DNA of 14,245 nt from Polyangiaceae bacterium (lineage in GTDB: Bacteria; Myxococcota_A; Polyangia; Polyangiales; Polyangiaceae). The stretch is taken from the NCBI GenBank assembly GCA_044222475.1, contig JBGANF010000176.1, forward strand, positions 1 to 14,245, written 5' to 3'. Made by a program: the position numbers and the translations under genes. The first letter of the stretch is position 1, and every line of letters starts with the position of its first letter. Positions 7,862 through 14,245 of this stretch are shown here, in pieces. The notes under the pieces are model-generated. The model was not told the DNA's origin and did not search any database. It was given only the letters and a program-made list of their open reading frames with translations.

Positions 7862-7873
7862 CACCAGCGCACG

Positions 7874-9313
7874 TCACTCCAACATGTCGAGTGTGAGCGA
7901 CGGACCGCGAAACGTCCGCCGCGCGAAGAGCAGGTAGCTCGCGGCGAGCGTCGCGAGCGTGATCGCGAGCGCGATCCCGAAGCGGCCGCGCGGCGGGAGC
8001 GCGAACACGACGACGACGAACACGGACCACGCGACCGCGGCCCACGCGATCGGCACCCCGACGCGCCCGAGATCGAACGGTCCTTTGCGTTTCCAGCGGC
8101 CGCGCATCCGCGCGACGGCGCCGAGCGCGATCGGGATGGCATACGAGACGTAGAGCCCGGTCGTCGCGAGCGACGTGCTCGCCTCGAACGCCTCGCCGTT
8201 CGAGCGCGTCGCGAGCACGAGGAGCACCGAGAGCGTCGACGCGACGACGATCGCGACGATCGGTGTCTTGAAGCGCACGTGCACGATGCGAATCCAATCC
8301 GATCCCGGGAGCCCGCGATCCCGGGAGAACGCGAAGAAGGTCCGCGACGCGCTCGTGAGCGCCGACAAGCCGCAGAACCACATGGCGAGCGACGCGAGCC
8401 CCATCGCGACCGCGCCCCAGCGCGGGCCGATCCCGGACGAGAGGATCTCGAGCGCGGGGTCCGTCTTGCCGGCGACGGACGGTAGATCGTCGATGGCGAG
8501 GGTGAGGCCGCAGATCAGCGCGTAGCCGAACACCGCGCTCACGATGACGGACGAGAGGATCCCCATCGGCGCGCGCCGCGACGGGTCGTGCGTCTCCTCG
8601 CTGACGTGCGCCGAGGCGTCGTAGCCGGTCATCGTCCACATGCCGAGGGTCAGCGCGCCGAAGAACCCGAGCGTCGTGTTTCCGTCGTCGCGGAAGGTGT
8701 GGGAGCGGTCGGCGAGCCAGCTCGCGCCGTGATGGCGCCCGAACGTGAAGAGGAGCACGACGAGGACGACGACCCCCACGATGTGGACCACCGCGGACGC
8801 GTCGTTGAGCCACGACACGATCTTGAACGAGAACGCGTTGACGAGCGCGTGCGACACGACGACGGCGAAGAACAACGGAAGGCGGACGGCGTCGCCCGCA
8901 CCGGCGATCGAGGCGATCGAGTCCGCGCAGCCGAGGTCGATCGCCGCGACGATCGCGACCTGCCCGACGAGGTTCGTGGCCGCGACCATCCACCCCGAGC
9001 CCTTCCCGCCGAGGAGCGCCGCCCAGTGGTACAGCGCGCCGGCGGTGGGGAAGGCGCTCGCGAGCTCCGCCATCGCGAGCGCAACCACGATCGTCCCGAC
9101 CGAGACGATCGGCCATCCGAGGCCGAGCCCGCCGGGGCCGCCCTCGCGGAGCGCGATTCGATACGACGACATCACGCCGGTGAGGATGCTGATGATCGAG
9201 AAGCTGAGCGCGAAGCTCGAGAATCCGCCGACGCTTCGGAGGAGCTCTTGCGTGTACCCGAGGCGCGCGAGCGCGCGCGCATCGTCGGCGTCGGTCGGTT
9301 TCGGCGCGCTCAG
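7874..9313 (-). CDS. APC-superfamily amino acid/amine permease (GABA/choline-permease-like, about 479 aa), with a probable CTG start
   Basis: About 12 TM segments and the motifs MAELASAFPTAGALYHW and GYDASAHVSEET. The family N-terminal motif LARLGYTQELLRSVGGFSSFALSFSIISILTG lies in frame upstream of the ORF-track start at 9175. The gene is therefore extended to CTG 9313, which overlaps the upstream TGA (CTGA). Confidence 0.88.
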   Translation of the reverse strand: MSAPKPTDADDARALARLGYTQELLRSVGGFSSFALSFSIISILTGVMSSYRIALREGGPGGLGLGWPIVSVGTIVVALAMAELASAFPTAGALYHWAALLGGKGSGWMVAATNLVGQVAIVAAIDLGCADSIASIAGAGDAVRLPLFFAVVVSHALVNAFSFKIVSWLNDASAVVHIVGVVVLVVLLFTFGRHHGASWLADRSHTFRDDGNTTLGFFGALTLGMWTMTGYDASAHVSEETHDPSRRAPMGILSSVIVSAVFGYALICGLTLAIDDLPSVAGKTDPALEILSSGIGPRWGAVAMGLASLAMWFCGLSALTSASRTFFAFSRDRGLPGSDWIRIVHVRFKTPIVAIVVASTLSVLLVLATRSNGEAFEASTSLATTGLYVSYAIPIALGAVARMRGRWKRKGPFDLGRVGVPIAWAAVAWSVFVVVVFALPPRGRFGIALAITLATLAASYLLFARRTFRGPSLTLDMLE

Positions 9314-10356
9314 AAGCTGCCGCCGAGGAGGAGGCCGCCGCCGCCGGCCGAAACCGTGGGCGACAGGCGAAGGGCGCTCGTGGCCTTCGCCTTCGGGGCG
9401 GCAAAGAACAGCGCGAGGCCTCCGGCCACGAGGACCCCAGCGGCGATGAACATCCCGGTCGACACGGCGGCGAAGGTCTTCGCGTCGTTGCGGAGGTCGA
9501 CGCCGTCTTGGTTGGTGCAGGGGTCGGGGTTGTCGCTCGTGGTGATGAAGCAGAACTTGTTCGAGTCGGCGTACTTCGAGCCGGCCATCACTCCGAAGAC
9601 GGCGCCGAGCGCGACTCCCACGACGCCGACCCCAGCGAGCGAGAGGCCGGCGATGCGGAGTCCGTTGCCCGTGCCGCCGGTGTCTCCACCCGGAGGCGGT
9701 AGGTTCGGCGGCGGGTCGTTCGGCGGCGGGTCGTTCGGCGGTGGGTTGCTCGGCGGTGGGTTGCTCGGCGGGACGACGGTCTTCGCGTCATCCCATTTTG
9801 GGATGGTGATGGTGACGTTGCCGCCGCGCTCGGGGATGGTCACCGTCGTCGAGAACGTCGTGTGGTTGGGCGCCGACGCGGTGATCGTGTGAGGGCCACC
9901 GTCGATCGGGAGCGCGGAGCCGAACGTCACGGCGCTCACCGTCGCGCCGTCGCGCTTCACCTCCAGGCCAGGCGCGTCGGCGCCGGGGGCGAGGACGACC
10001 GTGAGCTTCGACGGCGAGAGCTTGTCCGCCCGATCCTTGGCGATCGCAGCGCGCTTGGGGTCGTTGCGCTTGTTCGCCAGATCCTGCGCTTCGCGAAACA
10101 TCGCCCACGCGCTCGCGACCTTCCCGCTCTTCTCGTAACACTCGCCGAGGTAGAGCGCGGTTCCGATCGCCGGGTCGAGCCGCTGGCTCTCGGCGAACTT
10201 CGGGCACGCGTCGCCGAAGCGCCCCTCACCGAGGGCCTTCAGCGCGTCGTTGAACAGCGTCTCGGCTGCGGCCTTGTCTTGGGCGCTCTGCGCGAGCGCG
10301 ACGGGCGCGCCGAGGACGAGCGCGGCGCACAGCGTCGCGCGAAGGAACGTCTTCAA
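9310..10356 (-). CDS. Secreted TPR protein with a PEGA-like beta domain, Pro-rich linker and hydrophobic C-terminus ending in Phe (348 aa)
   Basis: TTG at 10356 overlaps the kinase TGA (TTGA), with GGAGG just upstream. Signal peptide MKTFLRATLCAALVLGAPVALA|Q; TPR AETLFNDAL...ACPKFAESQRLDP...LYLGECYEKSGKVASAW; PEGA-like LEVKRDG...LPIDGGPHTITASAP; two Gly-rich hydrophobic helices; ends LRLSPTVSAGGGGLLLGGSF. Confidence 0.88.
   Translation of the reverse strand: MKTFLRATLCAALVLGAPVALAQSAQDKAAAETLFNDALKALGEGRFGDACPKFAESQRLDPAIGTALYLGECYEKSGKVASAWAMFREAQDLANKRNDPKRAAIAKDRADKLSPSKLTVVLAPGADAPGLEVKRDGATVSAVTFGSALPIDGGPHTITASAPNHTTFSTTVTIPERGGNVTITIPKWDDAKTVVPPSNPPPSNPPPNDPPPNDPPPNLPPPGGDTGGTGNGLRIAGLSLAGVGVVGVALGAVFGVMAGSKYADSNKFCFITTSDNPDPCTNQDGVDLRNDAKTFAAVSTGMFIAAGVLVAGGLALFFAAPKAKATSALRLSPTVSAGGGGLLLGGSF
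9703..9772 (-). repeat. 15-bp coding tandem repeat (about 4.7 units) encoding PP(P)SN/PPPND units
   Basis: On the + strand: GTTCGGCGGCGGGTC twice, then GTTCGGCGGTGGGTT, GCTCGGCGGTGGGTT and a partial GCTCGGCGGG. Confidence 0.85.
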
Positions 10357-11891
10357 TTGCGACCTCCGAAGCCAGACGTGTTCACGGTCGCGGGCTTGCT
10401 GCTCGCGCTCGCCACCGGCTTCGTGGAAGCGGATGCGGCCGGCTTGACCGTCGCGGCGGAGCTCGTGACGGTCGGGTGAGCGACCGTCGCGTGACCGGTG
10501 GCGGTCGACGTCGGGAGCGCGCTGAGGGGAATCGCCGGTGGCGTCGATGCCGTCGCGATCGCGGTGCCGGCTCCCGCGGTCGACGTCTCCGTGCCGACGG
10601 TCGTCGAGGTGTGCTCGGGAGCGCTCGTCGCGGCGGACGTCGCCGAGGTCGACGGAGTCGGATCGCGGTGGCTCAGCGCGACGGCGGCGCCGGCGAGGCC
10701 GAGCACGCCGACGACCGCGAGCCCGGCGAAGAGCATCGTGCGCGAGCCTGCCGGCGGCTTGGCGGGGGCGCCCCACGCGGCGTTGGTCGCCGCGACCGGC
10801 GGCGCGACCGGCGCGATCGGCGTCCCAGCCGAGAGCTGCGTCGCAGCGACGTGATCCGCGGACGAGAGGGAAGGAGAGCTCGTCGCGACGACTGCCTGCG
10901 GCGACAAGTTGGTCGCGGGGATCGTCGCCTCGGTCGTCGAGAGCTCGTCGGAGGATCCATCGTGCGAGACGACGACGCGCGAGATCGCCGGTACGGACGC
11001 CCGTGCCGCCGCGTTCGCTCCGGTGTTCGACAGCCGCGTGATGCGCTCGACCGAGGTCGCGCCGTTCGGCGCGAGCGGGAGCAGGTCCCGCGCGAGCTCG
11101 CCGACGTTCGCGTACCGCGCGTCCGGGTTCTTCTGGAGGCAACGGGCAATGATCGCCTCGAGCTCGGGCGGTGCGGTCGACAGGGACTCGCGGATCGGCG
11201 TCGGCTGGGCGGTGAGGACGAGGGCGCACAGCTCGGCGCTGGTGCTCGCCACGAACGAAGGGTGACCGGTGACGAGCTCCTGCAAGATGATGCCGAGCGA
11301 CCAGATGTCGCTTCGCTTGTCGACGTTCTTCGACGCCTTCATCTGCTCGGGCGACATGTAGAGCGGAGAACCGACAATCGCCTGGGTGTTGGTGACGGAC
11401 ACGTCCCCGGGGCCAGTGACCTTGGAGATGCCGAAATCGAGCACCTTGATGCACGGCGAGCCGTCGCTGCGGTGCGCGAGGAACAAGTTCGCCGGCTTGA
11501 GGTCGCGGTGGACGATCCCGGCGGCGTGCGCCTCGGCCAGCGCCTCGCACGCTTGGAGCACGTAGTCGAGCGCCTCCGACACCGGGAGCTTCATCCGGTC
11601 GTGCAGGATGGATTGGAGATCCTTGCCGTCGAGGAACTCCATCACCATGTAGGGCGCGCCGTCGGGCAGCTTGCCGACGTCGAACACGCGGACGACGTGC
11701 TCGCTCTTGATCTTCGCTGCCGCCTTGGCCTCGCGGGAGAACCGCGCGACCCACTCGGCGTCGCGCACGGCTTCGGGAAGGAGGAACTTGATCGCGACGC
11801 GCTGGTCGAGCTCGTCGTGCATCGCGACGACGACGACGCCCATGCCGCCCTGGCCGAGCACGCGCTCGACCCGGTATTTGCCGGCGATGAG
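10353..11891 (-). CDS. Transmembrane Hanks-type Ser/Thr protein kinase; 5' end apparently truncated, so possibly a pseudogene
   Basis: Reads LIAGKYRVERVLGQGGMGVV from 11891, then VAIK, HRDLKPAN, DFG, GSPLYMSPE and DIWSLG. TM LFAGLAVVGVLGLAGAAVAL is followed by a Ser/Thr/Ala-rich tail ending FGGRN. No ATG/GTG/TTG lies between the in-frame stop at 11931-11933 and the start of the kinase domain; the first is GTG 11861, inside subdomain I. Confidence 0.88.
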   Translation of the reverse strand, partial: LIAGKYRVERVLGQGGMGVVVVAMHDELDQRVAIKFLLPEAVRDAEWVARFSREAKAAAKIKSEHVVRVFDVGKLPDGAPYMVMEFLDGKDLQSILHDRMKLPVSEALDYVLQACEALAEAHAAGIVHRDLKPANLFLAHRSDGSPCIKVLDFGISKVTGPGDVSVTNTQAIVGSPLYMSPEQMKASKNVDKRSDIWSLGIILQELVTGHPSFVASTSAELCALVLTAQPTPIRESLSTAPPELEAIIARCLQKNPDARYANVGELARDLLPLAPNGATSVERITRLSNTGANAAARASVPAISRVVVSHDGSSDELSTTEATIPATNLSPQAVVATSSPSLSSADHVAATQLSAGTPIAPVAPPVAATNAAWGAPAKPPAGSRTMLFAGLAVVGVLGLAGAAVALSHRDPTPSTSATSAATSAPEHTSTTVGTETSTAGAGTAIATASTPPAIPLSALPTSTATGHATVAHPTVTSSAATVKPAASASTKPVASASSKPATVNTSGFGGRN

Positions 11892-13330
11892 GGGCCTGCC
11901 GCTCCGTTCGGCGCGCCACCGGGTCCGCCGTCACCGACCGTCGACACGGTGAGGATCCCCGCTTCGACGACGACGCTTCCGTTTCCACCGTAGGCCACGA
12001 GGTAGGAAGGTCCACCGTGACCGCCGCCGCCCTGGCCGCCGTTCCCGCCCGGCCCGCCAGCGTCGCCGCCTTTGCCGCCTGGGACGGGCGGTCTGTTTTG
12101 ACTGCAGAACCCACCGGCGTCGTTGAAACCACCGTCCACGGCCGTGCACGACTGGAGGCAATTGTTGTCCGGCAACCCATCCGTTCCCGGCCTGCCGGCG
12201 TCGCCAGGGCCGCCCGGGCCACCTGCGCCGCCTTGGCCGCCGAGTACGGTCAACAACGTGGTGCCCCCGGAAAGGGAGACCTTCGAGCCCCATACGAAGA
12301 GTGCCGCCGACGCGCCGCCTCCGCCGCCTCCGGTCCCGCCGGTCCCTGGTGGGCCTCCGCAACCCGGAGACCCGCCGCCGCCGGTGCTGGTCGTGACGGG
12401 GCCGCCGACGCCGCAGCCAGGGTATGCCAGGCAGTTGCCGTAACAGCTGACGTCGACGCTGCTCTCACCAGCACCGCCGGCGGTCCCCTCGTGACCGGTC
12501 TCACCCGTGCCGCCCGTGTCGTAGGCGAAGCCGTTGGGTCCCCATGAGCCTGGCCCGCCCGGTGCACCGGGTCCGCCCGCTGCGCCCGAGTCCGCTCCGC
12601 AGAACGAGAACGCGGTGCCCCCGGGTGATCCGATGGTGCCGTCACCGCCGTAGCGCGCGACCAGCGTCATGTTGTCGAACGACACGGCGTTCGAGCTCCC
12701 AGTGACCCAGACCGCCGACACGGCCGTGCCGGTGTAGCCCTGGTTGCGCGACCACACCGTGAAGAGCCGGAGCGTCACGTTGTTGGCGTTGTTGACGTGG
12801 ATGGTCGGCGCGCCCGACGGGTCGTTCTTGCTGCGCGGGTCGATGACGGTGGCGAGGCTCGCCTGGCACTCGGACGTCCAGCCCGGCCCCCACCCGCCCT
12901 CGATCGTCAGGCCGTTCTCGATCTGCGTCAGCGTGACTTGCTCTTGGTACGTGCCCTTGCCGAGGTAGATCACCTTCGGGTTCTTCAGTTTGACTTGGGT
13001 GAGCGCTTGCTTGAGGGACTTGCATGGCTGGGTGTCCGGCCCGCAATTGCCGATGTCCGCCCCGCCGACCGGATCGACGTAGATGGCGTCTGGACTGCGG
13101 AAGCGCGCGGCGTCACCGCAGAACGCGTTGTCGACGTCCACGGTGACGACGTCCTTCTCCGGGTTCGGGTCCACATCGGTCGCGGCGTCGCCGGTTTGAC
13201 CGTCCGTCCCTACACCCGCGTCACTCCCCAGCGTGCCGTCGCGGAGGCCCAGCACGAGGCTGCACGCCGTCGCCGAGGCGAACAGCGCGACGCCGAGGCC
13301 AGCGATCGTTCTGCGGGGGAAGAAGGCCAT
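11642..13330 (-). CDS. Gly-rich (PGRS-like) surface lipoprotein with a beta-helix-like N-terminal region; the native 3' end appears lost near 11890
   Basis: Lipobox ...ALFASATA|CSLVLGLRDG. IYVDPVGGAD...PCKSLKQAL...IYLGKGTY resembles DUF1565/right-handed beta-helix N-termini, and long GGxGGxG tracts carry Cys pairs. After GGAPNGAAGP the frame continues about 82 codons as an out-of-frame read of the kinase, to TGA at 11642. Confidence 0.82.
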   Translation of the reverse strand: MAFFPRRTIAGLGVALFASATACSLVLGLRDGTLGSDAGVGTDGQTGDAATDVDPNPEKDVVTVDVDNAFCGDAARFRSPDAIYVDPVGGADIGNCGPDTQPCKSLKQALTQVKLKNPKVIYLGKGTYQEQVTLTQIENGLTIEGGWGPGWTSECQASLATVIDPRSKNDPSGAPTIHVNNANNVTLRLFTVWSRNQGYTGTAVSAVWVTGSSNAVSFDNMTLVARYGGDGTIGSPGGTAFSFCGADSGAAGGPGAPGGPGSWGPNGFAYDTGGTGETGHEGTAGGAGESSVDVSCYGNCLAYPGCGVGGPVTTSTGGGGSPGCGGPPGTGGTGGGGGGASAALFVWGSKVSLSGGTTLLTVLGGQGGAGGPGGPGDAGRPGTDGLPDNNCLQSCTAVDGGFNDAGGFCSQNRPPVPGGKGGDAGGPGGNGGQGGGGHGGPSYLVAYGGNGSVVVEAGILTVSTVGDGGPGGAPNGAAGPSSPANTGSSACSARAAWASSSSRCTTSSTSASRSSSSFPKPCATPSGSRGSPARPRRQRRSRASTSSACSTSASCPTARPTW

Positions 13331-13351
13331 GGGGGGTCGAGCGCAAAGGGC

Positions 13352-13381
13352 ATTATGGCGGTTCGGGGGGCGGATTGTCGA
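13352..13381 (-). promoter_or_regulatory. Possible sigma70-type promoter for the Gly-rich lipoprotein gene
   Basis: The minus strand reads TCGACA (13381-13376), an 18-nt spacer, then CATAAT (13357-13352), 21 nt before ATG 13330. Each box matches consensus at 5/6. Confidence 0.35.
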
Positions 13382-13389
13382 GCCGGCGG

Positions 13390-13800
13390 CTAGCCGGACC
13401 CGCCGTCGCCGATGCCGCCCTCCACCGAGACGTCGCCTCCGTCGCCGCCGTCGCCGCCGTCGAGCTTGGGGCCGGACGAGTCGGTTCCCGAGTCGATGGG
13501 GGAGTCCGGTGGCGCGTCAATCGGTGAGTCGGGCGGGGAGTCGATCGGCGAATCGATCGACGAATCGTCGGTCCCGGTGTCGGTCGGTGCATCGGCCGTC
13601 ACGGTGTCCGCCTTCGTGTCGGTCGCGGAGTCGCTGGCCTCGACGCGCGCGTCGCCGTTCGTTTCGGCGCTGGCATCGGCGCCGCCCTCCGCGCTGGCGT
13701 CGGAGATGGGCTCGACCTCTCCGTCGCGGAGCCCGAGGACGAGGCTGCACCCCGGCAGCGCCAGGCTCGCCAGCACGACGATCAGGCGGGCTTTGCTCAC
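13390..13800 (-). CDS. Small acidic low-complexity lipoprotein (136 aa)
   Basis: GTG 13800 gives MSKARLIVVLASLALPG|CSLVLGLRDG (lipobox). The remainder is Asp/Ser/Gly/Pro/Thr-rich; TAG at 13390-13392. Confidence 0.75.
   Translation of the reverse strand: MSKARLIVVLASLALPGCSLVLGLRDGEVEPISDASAEGGADASAETNGDARVEASDSATDTKADTVTADAPTDTGTDDSSIDSPIDSPPDSPIDAPPDSPIDSGTDSSGPKLDGGDGGDGGDVSVEGGIGDGGSG
13471..13566 (-). repeat. Coding tetrapeptide repeat D-[SA]-x-x, eight units
   Basis: DSSI DSPI DSPP DSPI DAPP DSPI DSGT DSSG, with a 12-bp period. Confidence 0.8.
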
Positions 13801-13877
13801 GACGCCACGAGGATACCACGCTGCCGCCTTCCCGCTTGACACTGAGCGCCGAACGCTCGACCGTCGCCGCGCTTTTC

Positions 13878-14245
13878 ATGTCCACCAGCGAAGCCACGAG
13901 CGCCCCCCACCAAGTGCCGAAGGGTCACCCCCTCGGTCTGTATTTCCTCTTCGGCACCGAGATGTGGGAGCGCTTCTCGTACTACGGGATGCGCGCGCTC
14001 CTCGTGCTCTACCTCGTCGAGCACCACGGCTGGCAGCCGGAGGAGTCGTCGGGCGTCTACAAGTGGTACACGAGCCTCGTCTACCTCACGCCGCTGCTCG
14101 GCGGGTTCCTCGCCGATCGCTACCTGGGCCTCCGTACGTCGATCATCACCGGCGGCGTCCTCATGGCGATCGGCCACTTCTTGATGGCGTTCGAGCCGCT
14201 GCCGATCTTCTACGCCGCGCTCGCGTTCCTCATCGCCGGCAACGG
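13878..14245 (+). CDS. POT/PTR-family proton-dependent oligopeptide transporter (MFS); 5' part only, runs off the window
   Basis: Absent from the ORF track because there is no stop in the window. Manual translation gives MSTSEATSAPHQVPKGHPLGLYFLFGTEMWERFSYYGMRALLVLYL...YLTPLLGGFLADRYLG...GHFLMA...GNG, which contains the ExxERFxYY motif and the GGxxAD PTR2 signature. Confidence 0.95.
   Translation, partial: MSTSEATSAPHQVPKGHPLGLYFLFGTEMWERFSYYGMRALLVLYLVEHHGWQPEESSGVYKWYTSLVYLTPLLGGFLADRYLGLRTSIITGGVLMAIGHFLMAFEPLPIFYAALAFLIAGN

Noticed and set aside
7862..7873. Bidirectional terminator between the convergent lipoprotein and permease genes
   Set aside because: The gap is only 12 bp, with no stem-loop followed by a U-tract.
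329..11993. Long antisense or alternative-frame ORFs (e.g. 329-1633, 1673-3073, 3406-5070, 5592-6800, 6590-7864, 7746-9404, 8588-9892, 10476-11993)
   Set aside because: Expected stop-codon scarcity in high-GC coding DNA; each overlaps a better-supported gene and has no motifs.
10357..12222. N-terminal ~620 aa of the 970-aa minus-strand ORF
   Set aside because: Shadow frame over the kinase and the Gly-rich gene; the real start is TTG 10356.
13836..13864. Sigma70 promoter for the POT transporter (perfect TTGACA at 13836-13841)
   Set aside because: No convincing -10 hexamer at 16-18 bp spacing, so it is not called as a feature.

Overview
High-GC window (about 70% by eye) whose gene content points to a myxobacterium, probably Polyangiales; this is inferred from the transmembrane Hanks-type Ser/Thr kinases, TPR partner and Cys- or Gly-rich lipoproteins. 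Bases 1-345 are a non-coding block of degenerate direct repeats enclosing five palindromes or hairpins. Next come a small Cys-rich lipoprotein (-), a kinase-TM-TPR protein (+), a 503-aa membrane protein of unknown function (+), an RluA pseudouridine synthase fused to an RlmI/RlmK-like methyltransferase (+) and a conserved lipoprotein (+). A minus-strand block follows, in transcription order: two lipoproteins sharing the mature N-terminus CSLVLGLRDG, a second TM Ser/Thr kinase, a translationally coupled secreted TPR protein ending in Phe, and an APC amino acid permease that appears to start at CTG. The window ends in the 5' part of a POT peptide transporter (+). The most notable points are an apparent deletion junction near 11890 that removes both the Gly-rich gene's stop and the kinase's start, the candidate lipoprotein/kinase/TPR envelope-signalling cassette, and the hairpin/repeat element at the left edge.
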